Assembly: GCA_963728205.1 (NCBI GenBank)
Contig: CAVSIV010000001.1
Coordinates: forward strand, 1,120,001-1,184,000
Source: an uncultured Chloroflexia bacterium
GTDB taxonomy: Bacteria > Chloroflexota > Dehalococcoidia > UBA2979
Direction of reading: 5' to 3'
Length of the DNA stretch: 64,000 nucleotides
Shown: piece after piece, positions 10,201-19,209 of the stretch
Numbering within the stretch: position 1 is the first letter of the stretch
How the letters are laid out: each line of letters begins with the position of its first letter
Made by a program: the position numbers and the translations under genes
Notes under the pieces: generated by a model
Seen by the model: only the letters and a program-made list of their open reading frames with translations
Told to the model about the DNA's origin: nothing
Databases searched by the model: none

Positions 10201-10728
10201 CAGGGGCTGACGGATCGCCTCCACTCGCCCCTGCCGATCGCCGAGCAGGTGCTGCACCAGGAGGCGCAGCTCGACGAGGTGGCGGCGGACCCGACGTTGC
10301 AGGCGTCGGGCACGGGGATCCTCGCGCTCGCGTTCGTGTCGGTGCTCGGGCTGTGCACGCTCGGCTTCGTGGTGACGCTGGTGCTGGGCGCGCGCCACCG
10401 CGTGATCGAGTTCGCGGTGCTGCGGGCCGTGGGGTCGTCGGGGCGGCAGATCCTGCGCGCGATGCTGCTGGAGTGGGGCAGCGTGCTGCTGATCGGCGGT
10501 GCGATCGGCGTCCTGCTCGGGCGGCGCGTCGCGGGGGTGATGCTGTCGTTCCTCAACGTCACGGACCAGGGCGCGCGCGTGCTGCCGCCGTTCATCCTCG
10601 AGACGGACTGGCCCGCGCTGGCGCTCGGCGTGGGCTTCCTGACGGTGGCCGTGCTCGTCGGCCTGTGGATCACGTGGGCCGCCGCGATGCGCCGCGCGAA
10701 CGCCGCGACGCTGCGCATCACGCAGTAG
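7258..10728 (+). CDS. Large FtsX/MacB-like ABC permease
   Basis: Two FtsX domains (EVGVYRSRGAS; EFAVLRAVG), multiple TMs, large extracytoplasmic loops; TACACT -10 7 nt before GTG suggests leaderless mRNA. Confidence 0.85.
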   Translation: MNELLAGWWFALLRLRASWRLMAVAALGVVVAATLLAVAPIYAQSMSDLGLRFRLERGLPTASDRATWLEVDHLLIGDPVDVQTREAIDRVTAARVGWLAAGGETITEERSGRLDLGFVGYEAQAPEQPVAVTGQPAQPVRQNWGAFLYSLSNFEQHVHVTAGRLPGPSANGAEVVLPAGFQKFAAVGDQVRIAGPGYDDCQHLPSSDDPQIAQDEVRCRPTLTVTTSMTATVVGFVAPNDPQDQRWQLFDGSWQVPDAPFLPRLSQSTGEIALGEAQAGRGSMPLLTTRDQYFGAFAQRLPELPTRHRAGFVDAPGALALRDVPRAIADLHAWRSDVGDTLGLVAPSHMPVLDQLEQFRNTQTFSQVPLLLILLQVVGIVIYYVAVVMGLLLERQAEEVGVYRSRGASTSQIVGLTLIEGLVMAVPAAVVGPWLAAWLVGALGRTPTFHAITGGASLPVRVPPDAPLLAAGGAALALVAMLLPALVAARRGIVDVKREQSRPAGRGLVQRYYLDLAIVAFAVLLVVQLRQRGSVYDPNAVGGWSADPLLLLSPLVITLAVAALVLRFYPPLLRIAVRGLLLLKGTAVALGLQRAGRSPTAYARLLLLLVMAIAVGTFAASYGPTVDRSLAERIRYEAGADVRGTLVDAADLQLPAKLDRVRGLPGVADAAVAYRGAIETPSGAKVPLLAVDPQRVASMLWFRGDFSQQTLGGLARQLQSEVPPGGGLALPDDAQAVRVQVYTAGDPGRDYLQAILRDGDGHAHLSGFDTPTHSDDWETLGAQVLATLPRPVTFVGLRVNDRLGQNLRTEGALYFDNVAAVRPGGKVTVLDDFEGPFRWTQYTQRDVNEPFTLSTDQAASGTHSAKWQWQRLISPRVRVLALQDPTVPLAAVMNQTALGLFGTAQGRETEAVLGDLKVPLDVRATSSLFPTLDPAQGFVVVSLDQLRALASTVGFKDGEFADELWLNFQPGFPLADQKALVQGLTDRLHSPLPIAEQVLHQEAQLDEVAADPTLQASGTGILALAFVSVLGLCTLGFVVTLVLGARHRVIEFAVLRAVGSSGRQILRAMLLEWGSVLLIGGAIGVLLGRRVAGVMLSFLNVTDQGARVLPPFILETDWPALALGVGFLTVAVLVGLWITWAAAMRRANAATLRITQ

Positions 10729-10784
10729 GTTCGCCCACCCGCGGCGGCGGCGATCCGCTCGCCCACGCCGCGGCGCGGAGGACT

Positions 10785-11282
10785 CTACGGCGGTGTGATC
10801 GGGGGAAGGCCGCGCTCGCGCGGCGACTGCGACGCGCCGATCCCCTGCTCGAGATCGGACGGGACGCGCATGACGCCCACCGGCTGATTGCCGTCGTAGC
10901 GGACGACGATGACGTCGCCGGGGGACAGGGGCGCCGTGAGCGGCGCAAGACGGAAGAACCGCGTGGTCGCGGCGTAGTGCACCGTCGCGACGCTACCGGA
11001 CGACTCGACCGTCACGCTGTGCTGCGCGGCATCGACGGCGGTGACGGTGCCCGTGCGGAACACGTAGCCGCTCAGCGCGGGAGCGCCGCCGAAGCCGGTG
11101 AAGCCGCCGGGCGCGCGCAGCGCGTCGGCGCTGGGGCCGGCGGCGAGGGCCGGCGCGGGGATCACGAGATCCGTGTGCCCGGGCCGGGTCGCCGCGTCGG
11201 CGAGCCGCGCGCCGAGCGAGGCCCCGGCGGCGCCGGCGAGCAGCACGCCGGCGAGCAACACGAACGGCACGAGGCGCCTCAC
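10785..11282 (-). CDS. Membrane-anchored/secreted hypothetical protein (OB-fold-like)
   Basis: Signal peptide; GTVTAVD...LSPGDVIVV. Confidence 0.6.
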   Translation of the reverse strand: MRRLVPFVLLAGVLLAGAAGASLGARLADAATRPGHTDLVIPAPALAAGPSADALRAPGGFTGFGGAPALSGYVFRTGTVTAVDAAQHSVTVESSGSVATVHYAATTRFFRLAPLTAPLSPGDVIVVRYDGNQPVGVMRVPSDLEQGIGASQSPRERGLPPITPP

Positions 11283-11665
11283 GGGGCCCCGCTCACGACG
11301 ACGATGCCGGACACCACGAGGCCCGTCTGCGTCTGCTCACCGCCCACGTTGACGCCGACGCCCGTCGCGAGCGGTGCGGCGTCCGCAGCGACGTGCTGCA
11401 GCTCGACGGCGGGTACGCCGGCCGGCAGCGTCACTGCGACGTCGCCCGCCTCGGTGTGCAGGTGCAGCGTGCCGTTTGCGACCTCCGACACCGTGCCGGC
11501 GACGACTCGCTCGGCGGTCGGAGTACCCGGCGCGCCGGCGACCGTCACGGAGAGCGTGTCGCGCTGCGGCTCGTGCGTGTAGACGAAGCTCGCGACGAGC
11601 GCGCCGACGAAGACCACGAGCACGATGGCGCCGTAGACGAGGGTGGAGCGCTGGCGGAGCGACAT
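11279..11665 (-). CDS. Membrane-anchored hypothetical protein (OB-fold-like)
   Basis: N-terminal TM; VAGTVSEV...LATGVGVNV; 4-bp overlap with next gene. Confidence 0.6.
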   Translation of the reverse strand: MSLRQRSTLVYGAIVLVVFVGALVASFVYTHEPQRDTLSVTVAGAPGTPTAERVVAGTVSEVANGTLHLHTEAGDVAVTLPAGVPAVELQHVAADAAPLATGVGVNVGGEQTQTGLVVSGIVVVSGAP

Positions 11666-11681
11666 GCTCGCAGCGCCGCGA

Positions 11682-12227
11682 CTAGTCGCCGAGCAGGGTG
11701 TCGTACCCGAGGGCGCGGATCTCTTCGACGTACTCGGAGCGCCACCCGGGCGACGGGATGCGGCGCCCCCGCTGGCGGAACTCGCGGTGGTACCGGAGGT
11801 ACTCCTCCTCCAGACGCGTTCGCCACTGCGTCTCTTCCTCGAACACCTCCGGGTCGACGTCCTCGAGCTGGTGCTCGAAGTCGTCCGCCGTGAGGTCGTA
11901 GTCGTCGCGCCAGTACTCGGCGAGGTAGTCGAGCGACTCCTCGAGGTCGCGACGGCAGTCGAGCATGTACGTCTCGAGGACCTGGCCGGCGTCGACGGGC
12001 GTGCCCGGCAGCGCTTCGGCGCGCGCGCAGGAGGCGCACAGCGTGATCAGCTTGCGAGCGTCGCACTCGTCGCCGCGCGGGCAGTGCCGGTGGCGGGGGG
12101 CGAAGGCGTTCAGGCTGGGCTTCCGCGAGTAGCCCACGATCAACTCGTCCTGATCCTGCCCGCAGCGCGGACAGGTCAGCTTGTCGACGAAGATGTCGTT
12201 GATCGCCTGTTCCCAGTTGATCTGCAT
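11682..12227 (-). CDS. Hypothetical Zn-binding protein with acidic helical C-terminus
   Basis: CPRC, HCPRGDEC, LCASC; GGAG RBS before MQINWEQ. Confidence 0.7.
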   Translation of the reverse strand: MQINWEQAINDIFVDKLTCPRCGQDQDELIVGYSRKPSLNAFAPRHRHCPRGDECDARKLITLCASCARAEALPGTPVDAGQVLETYMLDCRRDLEESLDYLAEYWRDDYDLTADDFEHQLEDVDPEVFEEETQWRTRLEEEYLRYHREFRQRGRRIPSPGWRSEYVEEIRALGYDTLLGD

Positions 12228-12354
12228 CTCCCGCTCCTCCGGCTCTTCCGATCGTACGGGGGCCGGTAATCCTGTCAATTTCGCGGTGCCGCGTAACGGC
12301 GACGTTGCGGACGTGTCGGCGGCATGCGCGATGCCGCCGGCGCGCGGCGCTGCC

Positions 12355-12840
12355 TCACAGATCGTCGGCGTAGCCGCCGGCCTGGCCGGGCATCTCCTCG
12401 ACCTCGATCGCGAGGCGGCGGATGTGGGTGTGTCCCTCGGAGCGCAACGCCGACGCGACCTCGCCCCAGATCCACTCCGCGATCAGCTCGGCGGTCGTGT
12501 TCGCGATCGGCAGGGCGACGACGTCCGACACGGGGAAAACATAACGGCGACTCCCGAAGCACAGCGACCAGGCGCCGTCGCTCTCCTCGATCTGGATCAG
12601 CCGCGAGTCGCGCTGGAGGAGGAAGGCGTGATCGAGGCGGTCGCAGGTCTCGCGCACGATGCGCTTGAGCGCGGAGAAGTCGATCACCCAGGCGTCAGGC
12701 GTGAGATCGCCGTCGACGCGCGCGCGGGCTTCGTAGTTGTGACCGTGGAGGGGTTCGAGCTCATCGCCGAGGGTCGCCATGTGCGACGCTGCGAAGCGCA
12801 GGCGCACGCCCTCGACGGCCACGTGACGCTGGACGCTCAC
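12355..12840 (-). CDS. queD: 6-carboxytetrahydropterin synthase (PTPS family)
   Basis: FAASH, LHGHNY, IDF..LK, LDH, NTTAELIA, VEE. Confidence 0.8.
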   Translation of the reverse strand: MSVQRHVAVEGVRLRFAASHMATLGDELEPLHGHNYEARARVDGDLTPDAWVIDFSALKRIVRETCDRLDHAFLLQRDSRLIQIEESDGAWSLCFGSRRYVFPVSDVVALPIANTTAELIAEWIWGEVASALRSEGHTHIRRLAIEVEEMPGQAGGYADDL

Positions 12841-13804
12841 CGCGTGCCTCCCGGTCGGCGGGCCGCTCGGGCGGCGCCAGGGTGAGGATACGAGGGCGCG
12901 CGACGGCTGTGTCGCGCGCCCTCGAGCGTGGCTGGATCTTCATCCCGGCGAGCAGCTCGTCGACCGTGTGCGCCTTCGCGCCGGCGCGTGTGCGAGCCCG
13001 CTCCAGGCGCTCGTGTGCCGGGACGCTGTCGGGCTTGCGGTAGAGCAGGCCCATCGGGATGCTCTTGCCGCGCGCCAGCGCCATCGCCGCCATGAAGTCG
13101 CTCGGGTCGTGGTCGTCGGGGATCGGCTTCGCCGCCGGCTCGATGCCCTCCTTCGGGTTGCCCTTGAGCAGCGCGTACGTGTCGTTGTAGGTGGTGCACG
13201 GCGACTGCACGTGCACGATTGAGAAGCCGGGGTACGCCATCGCGTCGAGGATGGTCTGCTGCAGCTCCTTGACCTGCGACGACATGCCGGTGGCGATGTA
13301 GCCGACGCCGGCCGCGAGGTAGGTCTCGAGCGGGCTCATCTTGTCGTCGAGCTTGCCGTACGGGGTCGTCGGCGTGACGACCTCGAACTCGGTGGTCGGC
13401 GATGCCTGGCCCTTGGTGAGGCCGTAGACGCCGTTGTCCATGACGACGGCGGTGACGTCGAGGTTGCGCTTCGCCTGCGGGCCGATGTGCTCGGCCCCGA
13501 TGCTGAGGAAGTCGCCGTCGCCGGAGACGACCAGTACGTTGAGGTCGGGGCGCGCGGACTTGATGCCGTAGGCGATCGGCAGCGTGCGGCCGTGGATGCC
13601 ATGGATGCCGAACGGCTGCGGGCCCTCCTGCAGGTGCACGAGGTTTCCCGAGCAGCCGATGCCCGCGACGATCACGTTGTGCTCGACCGACTCGTTGCGC
13701 GCGGCGCAGCGCTCGACGAGCGCGCCCTCGATCGCGCGCTTCACGCCGAAGTCACCGCAGCCGGGGCACCACTTGAAGTCGTAGACCGGGTTGCGCTTGC
13801 TCAT
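12761..13804 (-). CDS. korB: 2-oxoacid:ferredoxin oxidoreductase beta subunit (true stop probably near 12935)
   Basis: WCPGCGD, GIGCS, IHGR, GDGD...DNGVYGLTKGQ.SPT TPP motif, SPCTTYN; tail overlapping queD is low-complexity. Confidence 0.9.
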   Translation of the reverse strand: MSKRNPVYDFKWCPGCGDFGVKRAIEGALVERCAARNESVEHNVIVAGIGCSGNLVHLQEGPQPFGIHGIHGRTLPIAYGIKSARPDLNVLVVSGDGDFLSIGAEHIGPQAKRNLDVTAVVMDNGVYGLTKGQASPTTEFEVVTPTTPYGKLDDKMSPLETYLAAGVGYIATGMSSQVKELQQTILDAMAYPGFSIVHVQSPCTTYNDTYALLKGNPKEGIEPAAKPIPDDHDPSDFMAAMALARGKSIPMGLLYRKPDSVPAHERLERARTRAGAKAHTVDELLAGMKIQPRSRARDTAVARPRILTLAPPERPADREARGERPASRGRRGRAPALRSVAHGDPRR

Positions 13805-15516
13805 ACTCGCGCCAACTTCCCGCTGGTAGCCTGCATTTCCTGCTGGATGGACGCCATCAGGCCGTTCACCTTGAACGGCAGGCCGGTGTACTGCCTGATG
13901 GACCGGGCGTTGACGCCCTGCTCGCGCAGGTACGCCGAGAACTGTCCGAGGTAGTTGAGCTCCGGGACGAGGACCAGCTCCTTCGCGCGCAGCTCGTCGA
14001 GCAGCCCGGCGGGGAACGGGTTCAGGTACATCGTGTAGTACCAGCCGAGATCGGCGCCGTCGGCGGTCAGCCGCTCGTACGCCTCGCGGGCGGAGCCCTT
14101 CGAGCCGCCCCACGGCATCACGACCACCGACGCGCTCGCGCGCTCGGCCTCGTACGTGCCGGTCTCGAGCGCCTTCAGCTTGTTGAACCGGCGCTCGGTC
14201 ATGCGGATGTGGACGTCGGGCAGGTGCGTGGTGTCGCCCTGCTCGTCGTGCTCCGAGCCGTTCGCGACGTAGGCGCCCGGGCCGCCCGGCACGGGGAACG
14301 GGGAGCCGCTCTCGCCCTCGTAGCGCAGGTTGCCGCGCGACCCGTCGGACACCGCGCGGTGCTCGACCTTGACGCGCGAGACATCGGGGCGCGGGATGTC
14401 CTGAGACCGTTCGGCGATGGACGCCTCGGTCAGCAGGATCACGGGGCCCTGGTAGCGCTCGGCCCATGCGATGGCCTCGGCCGCTGCGAAGAACGCCTCT
14501 TCGACGTTGCCCGGCGCGATCACCGGCAGGCGCATGTCGCCGTGCCCGGGGTTCATCGCGACGATGAGGTCGGACTGCTCGGTCTTCGTGGGGAGGCCGG
14601 TCGCCGGCCCGCCGCGCTGCACGTTGGCGACGACGAGCGGGATCTCGGCCATCCATGCGAGCCCGAGTCCCTCGCCCATGAGGCTGAGCCCGGGGCCGGC
14701 GGTGGAGGTCATCACCTTCTTCCCGGCGAAGCCGACGCCGAGGATGCTCGTGATCGACTCGATCTCGGAGGAGGCCTGCCCGACGAAGTGCTCGGGGCCG
14801 GTGAGGTTGGCCTCCATGTAGGTCAGCATCGTGGTGGCCGGCGAGATCGGGTAGCCGATGAAGCAGTCGAGCCCCGCGGCCATCGCGCCGAGGCACGCCG
14901 CCTCGAAGCCCTTGATCAGGATGCGCTCGGCCGTCGCGGTCGGCGGCTCGTCGAGCTCGCTGCCGAGGCTGAGGCCGCTCTTCGCCGCCTCTTCCGCGCC
15001 CATGTGCAGCGCCTTGATGTTGCCCTCGATGATCCGGTCGTCCCCGGGCCGGCCGCGGTCGAACCGAGCACGCACGAAGCCCTCGAGGTACTTGAGGGGG
15101 AACCCGGCGAGGTGCGCGACCGCGCCGATCACGATCATGTTCGCGGCGCGCGGGTTGCCGCTCTCGCGCGCGAGCTTGTCGGCCGGGATGCCGACGGTGT
15201 TCGTGCCGTCCTCCAGCTCGAAGTCCTCCGAGTTGTAGATGACGACGCCACCCTCGCGGAGCTCCTCGACGTTGTGGTCGTACGCGTAGCGGTTCAGCGC
15301 GACCAGCACGTCGAGGTAGTCGCCCGACGAGAGGATGGGCTCGGTGGCGATCCGTGCCTGGCCCCAGGCGGGCCCGCCCTTGATCTGCGACGGGTACGTC
15401 GCGAAGGTCAGGACGTGATACCCGACCTGGGCGGCGGCGGCGGCCATGATCTCCGAACCGCCGACGACGCCCTGTCCGCCCTCACCGGCGAAACGGACGA
15501 CGAGATTCTTGCTCAT
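13801..15516 (-). CDS. korA: 2-oxoacid:ferredoxin oxidoreductase alpha subunit
   Basis: AGEGGQG, GYPISPAT, TAGPGLSLM, VQRGGPATGLPTKTEQSD, ELNYLGQ. Confidence 0.92.
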   Translation of the reverse strand: MSKNLVVRFAGEGGQGVVGGSEIMAAAAAQVGYHVLTFATYPSQIKGGPAWGQARIATEPILSSGDYLDVLVALNRYAYDHNVEELREGGVVIYNSEDFELEDGTNTVGIPADKLARESGNPRAANMIVIGAVAHLAGFPLKYLEGFVRARFDRGRPGDDRIIEGNIKALHMGAEEAAKSGLSLGSELDEPPTATAERILIKGFEAACLGAMAAGLDCFIGYPISPATTMLTYMEANLTGPEHFVGQASSEIESITSILGVGFAGKKVMTSTAGPGLSLMGEGLGLAWMAEIPLVVANVQRGGPATGLPTKTEQSDLIVAMNPGHGDMRLPVIAPGNVEEAFFAAAEAIAWAERYQGPVILLTEASIAERSQDIPRPDVSRVKVEHRAVSDGSRGNLRYEGESGSPFPVPGGPGAYVANGSEHDEQGDTTHLPDVHIRMTERRFNKLKALETGTYEAERASASVVVMPWGGSKGSAREAYERLTADGADLGWYYTMYLNPFPAGLLDELRAKELVLVPELNYLGQFSAYLREQGVNARSIRQYTGLPFKVNGLMASIQQEMQATSGKLARV

Positions 15517-15695
15517 GACGGCAGGCCTTCTCAGGCTCGCCGGTCGCGTTCGGAACCTCGGTTGCCGTGGGGCGCGACAGGGCGCAACAGAGTCGCCTGG
15601 CGGACCCGGGGCCGGGGCTCACGCCCGCGAAGGGCGGGCAGCTCCATCTCTTCCCTACGCCACGTACGGGCCGCAGCGGAACTCACACTTCGAAC

Positions 15696-15714
15696 AGAAG
15701 TGATTATCAATCTC
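15696..15714 (-). promoter_or_regulatory. Fur-box-like operator upstream of korAB
   Basis: Minus strand GAGATTGATAATCACTTCT, 13/19 to GATAATGATAATCATTATC; AT-rich patch in divergent promoter region. Confidence 0.4.
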
Positions 15715-15837
15715 GCGCACCCGTACGCTCAATTCCGCATTCTCCCCTATCTTAACAGCGGCCGCTCGGCTGTCCGGCGGAGGCGCGTGCGCGCCGGGTC
15801 CGCTATTGGTATCCCGCAGGTCCGCGAGGAGGCGCCC

Positions 15838-16071
15838 GTGGTCAAGGCCTACGTCCTGATCGTCACATCGCCCGGCGCCACGCGCCGGGTCGCGCTCGCG
15901 CTCAAGGACATCGCGCACGTGACCGAGGTCCACGAGGTGATGGGCCCGTACGACATCGTCGCGGTGATCGAAGCCGAGCAGCTCACCGACGTCCCGCCGA
16001 TCCTCGCCGAGAACATCCGCACGCTCGACGGCATCCAGTCGACGACGTCGCTGGTCGCGTTCCCGATCTAG
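15838..16071 (+). CDS. Lrp/AsnC ligand-binding domain protein (no HTH)
   Basis: VKAYVLI, EVHEVMGPYDIVA, IRTLDGIQSTTS; GAGGAGG RBS. Confidence 0.85.
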   Translation: MVKAYVLIVTSPGATRRVALALKDIAHVTEVHEVMGPYDIVAVIEAEQLTDVPPILAENIRTLDGIQSTTSLVAFPI

Positions 16072-16076
16072 CGCGC

Positions 16077-17384
16077 CTACCCGCCGCCGGCCGTCTCCGC
16101 GGTCGCGCGCGCCGCCTCGAGCGTCGGCATGGCGCGCAGCTCCGCCGAGACGAGGTACAGCGACGCCGCGAACGCCGACACGAGGAGCGCGCCGAGGGCG
16201 ACCATCAGGCGGGTGCCGATCAGCTCCGCGCCGGCCCCCGCGACGAAGCCGCCGACGGACGTGAGGAACCACGTCATCGACCACACGCCCATCACCCGGC
16301 CGCGCAGTTCGTTCGGCACGAGCACCTGCAGCGTCGTCATCCCGAGGTTGAGGTAGACCGACGACACGAAGCCGGCGCAGAACAGCAGCACGAGCGAGAG
16401 CGGCAGCCACTGGCTCATGGCGAAGGCGGCGACGACCAGGCCGTACAGCGTCGCCGCGCCGATCATCAGGGGCCCGCGGTGCTGGCCCCCGCCGACGCGC
16501 ACGATCGACAGCGTGCCGAGCAGCGCGCCCACGCCGGTCGCCGCGCCCATGAAGCCGAAGCCCTGCGAGCCGACCTTGAGGATGGTGTTCGCGAAGACCG
16601 GCAACAGGATCTCGTACGACATCCCGAAGATCGAGCTGAAGAACGACAGACCCATGACGGCGAGGAAGAGCCGGTTGCCGAAGATGTAGCGCAGTCCGGA
16701 CAGCATCCCACGGCCGGGCGTCCCGCCCGACGCGCGCAGCGCATCGGGCGACTCATCGAGCGGACGGAAGCGCAGCCGCCCGAGCAGGAACGTCGAGACG
16801 GCGAAGCCCACCGCCGTGACGAAGAACGCCTGGCCGGTGCCGATGATCGCGATCAGCACGCCCGCGCTGGCGGGGCCGACGATACGCATGCTGTTCCAGA
16901 TCGCGCTGTTGAAGGCGACGGCGCTCGGCATCGCCCGCATCTCGATCAGCCGCGGCAGGATCGCCTGCAGCGGCGGATTCCCGAGCGACGTCAACGTCCC
17001 CGACACCAGCGCCCACGCGATCACGAGCCAGATGTTCACGACCCCCGTGAGGATCGCGATCGCGAGCCCGAAGTGCGCGACCGTCGAGAGCCCCTGGCTG
17101 ACGACGAGGAGCCGCTTGTTGTCGACCCGGTCGGCGAGCTCGCCCGCAGGCACGCTGAACAGGATCGACGGCATCGCCACGCAGAGCTCCACCGTCCCGA
17201 GCCAGAACGGTGACCGATGGAGCACGGAGTAGACGAGCCACCCCGAGCCGAAGATGCGGAACTGCAGCCCGAAGACACGGGCGATCGACGCGAACCAGTA
17301 CTGGCGGTACGCGGCGTACGAGAACGCGCCCCAGCGCGGGGGTGCAGACGAGGGGGGCGAAGGCGAAGGCGAGGCGTCGCTCAC
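16077..17384 (-). CDS. MFS transporter (MFS_3 / H+ antiporter-like)
   Basis: About 12 TMs; AGELADRVDNKR; VPNELRGRVMG. Confidence 0.88.
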   Translation of the reverse strand: MSDASPSPSPPSSAPPRWGAFSYAAYRQYWFASIARVFGLQFRIFGSGWLVYSVLHRSPFWLGTVELCVAMPSILFSVPAGELADRVDNKRLLVVSQGLSTVAHFGLAIAILTGVVNIWLVIAWALVSGTLTSLGNPPLQAILPRLIEMRAMPSAVAFNSAIWNSMRIVGPASAGVLIAIIGTGQAFFVTAVGFAVSTFLLGRLRFRPLDESPDALRASGGTPGRGMLSGLRYIFGNRLFLAVMGLSFFSSIFGMSYEILLPVFANTILKVGSQGFGFMGAATGVGALLGTLSIVRVGGGQHRGPLMIGAATLYGLVVAAFAMSQWLPLSLVLLFCAGFVSSVYLNLGMTTLQVLVPNELRGRVMGVWSMTWFLTSVGGFVAGAGAELIGTRLMVALGALLVSAFAASLYLVSAELRAMPTLEAARATAETAGGG

Positions 17385-17391
17385 CGTCGGG

Positions 17392-18231
17392 TCACCGCGC
17401 GTGCGCGCCGAGGAACGCGTCGGCCGCGGCGAGCCACTCGTGCTCCATATCGAGGTAGGTCGAGTGGCCGGCCTGCTCGAGCGTCACCGATCGTGCGGTC
17501 GGGATGGCCATGTCCATGTCCTGGAGCGTCTGGGCGTCGAGCACCTGCGAGCGCCCGCCGCGGATGAAGAGGATGGGGCGCGAGATGGTGCGCGCCTCGT
17601 CCCACAGGTCCTCGGGTTCCCAGTGCAGCGGCGCGCTCGGGTCGTGCTTCGGCTGGAAGCCGCCGTCGACGGCGCGCAGCGTCTCGCGCGCCATCTGCTG
17701 GTGCGCCCACTCCGGCGTGAGCGGCGATGTCTCGCGGCGCGGCGCGATCCAGTCCTCGACGGTTGCGAACGTGCGATGGCGCCCGCCGGGATACTGCGCC
17801 GCCCGGTCGACCTCCGCGGCGCGCGCGATCGCGGGCGGGATGTCGTTCGCGATCGCGCAGATCACACGGTCGGGATGGCGCGCGGTGTAGGCGATCGTGT
17901 GATGCCCGCCCATCGACTGTCCGACGAGGACGAAGCGCTCGAGCCCCAGCGCGTCGACGAACTGCTCGAGGTCGGACATGTAGTCGGCGGTGCGGTAGTG
18001 GTCGGCCGGCGCCCACTCCGAGTCGCCGTGGCCGCGCTGGTCGAGGGCGATCACGCGGTAGCGCGTCGCATAGTGCTCCGCGACGCGACGCCAGCCGCCC
18101 CAGGCGCTGGTGAGGCCGTGGAGCATGAGCATCGTCGTGGCGCCGGGGGAGGGCTCGGCATACTCGACATAATGGAGATGCAGGCCGTTGATCTCGGTCT
18201 CGTGGCTCGCCGGCTCGACCGCGGTCGTCAT
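17392..18231 (-). CDS. Alpha/beta hydrolase
   Basis: LHG, DQRGHGDS, GQSMGG nucleophile elbow, AGH. Confidence 0.88.
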   Translation of the reverse strand: MTTAVEPASHETEINGLHLHYVEYAEPSPGATTMLMLHGLTSAWGGWRRVAEHYATRYRVIALDQRGHGDSEWAPADHYRTADYMSDLEQFVDALGLERFVLVGQSMGGHHTIAYTARHPDRVICAIANDIPPAIARAAEVDRAAQYPGGRHRTFATVEDWIAPRRETSPLTPEWAHQQMARETLRAVDGGFQPKHDPSAPLHWEPEDLWDEARTISRPILFIRGGRSQVLDAQTLQDMDMAIPTARSVTLEQAGHSTYLDMEHEWLAAADAFLGAHAR

Positions 18232-18375
18232 GGCCTCGGGTCCCCTCGTGCGCGGACTGGCGTCGTCGGATGGGCGCGACTCTACCAGAGGCCGGCGGCC
18301 GCCGGGGCCGCGATCGTGCCGCGCGTGCGTATGCTCCGCCGCACGAGGCGGCGGGCGGCGACGAGGAGGACGCGA

Positions 18376-18855
18376 ATGGCTGTGACGCTGGAGGCGGAGG
18401 ACCGGGCGCCGGCGTTCTCGCTGGCGGACCAGGACGGGAAGACGCACCGGCTCGCGGACTACGCCGGACAGACGGTCGTCCTCTACTTCTATCCGCGCGA
18501 CAACACGCCGGGCTGCACGGCGGAGGCGTGCTCGTTCCGCGACGAGTTCGCGGACATCAGAGATGCCGGGGCGGTCGTACTGGGGGTGTCGACGGACGAC
18601 GCCGCGTCGCACCGCAAGTTCCGGGAGGAGCACGGCCTCCCGTTCCCGCTGCTGGTCGACGTCGACGCGAAGGTCGCAACGGCCTACGGGGCGTGGGGCG
18701 AGAAGACGCTGTACGGGCGCAAGAGCATCGGGATGACGCGGTCGACGTTCGTGATTGGGCCCGACGGGCGCCTGCTCAAGGTGTGGAAGCGCGCGAAGGC
18801 CGCGGACCACGGGGCGGCCGTGTTGAAGGCGCTGCGCGAGGCGAAGGCGGGCTGA
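18376..18855 (+). CDS. bcp: Peroxiredoxin BCP
   Basis: YFYPRDNTPGCTAEACSFRD, GVSTD, RSTFVI. Confidence 0.92.
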   Translation: MAVTLEAEDRAPAFSLADQDGKTHRLADYAGQTVVLYFYPRDNTPGCTAEACSFRDEFADIRDAGAVVLGVSTDDAASHRKFREEHGLPFPLLVDVDAKVATAYGAWGEKTLYGRKSIGMTRSTFVIGPDGRLLKVWKRAKAADHGAAVLKALREAKAG

Positions 18856-18966
18856 CGGAGTGCCGGTGTGGTCGCGGAGGCGGTCGCCGGGCGAGGGCGT
18901 CGGCCGGCCAGGCGCCTCGAGTGAAGCGACATAACCGGCACGACTGCTGCATCATCACTGGTTGCG

Positions 18967-19209
18967 TTAGGCAGCGAGAGCGATCGGGATCTTCTCGACG
19001 TAATCGAGGACGACGCGACCGCCGCAGCGGGAGCAGCGGAGACCCTGGGCGGTCTCGACGGCGTGCTGCGGGAGCGGTGCGCCTTCGCGTGGCATGACGT
19101 GGATGTCGCCCTTGCCGTGGGTCTCGGGGTGCGATTCGAAGTCCCCGAGGTACCGCGAGCAGGCGAAGCAGTGCATCTCACCGCGCAGGACGTGGACGTA
19201 GCTGGGCAT
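18967..19209 (-). CDS. Small zinc-ribbon protein
   Basis: CFAC...CSRCGG; GAGAGG RBS; C-terminus IALAA. Confidence 0.75.
   Translation of the reverse strand: MPSYVHVLRGEMHCFACSRYLGDFESHPETHGKGDIHVMPREGAPLPQHAVETAQGLRCSRCGGRVVLDYVEKIPIALAA

Noticed and set aside
7128-11582. 1484-aa ORF and other long Arg/Ala/Gly-rich ORFs in the track
   Set aside because: Shadow frames of real genes in high-GC DNA; no recognisable motifs
12761-14896. 711-aa ORF as an extended KorB
   Set aside because: N-terminal half is an off-frame overlap of korA; KorB starts at 13804 and the tail probably reflects a lost stop
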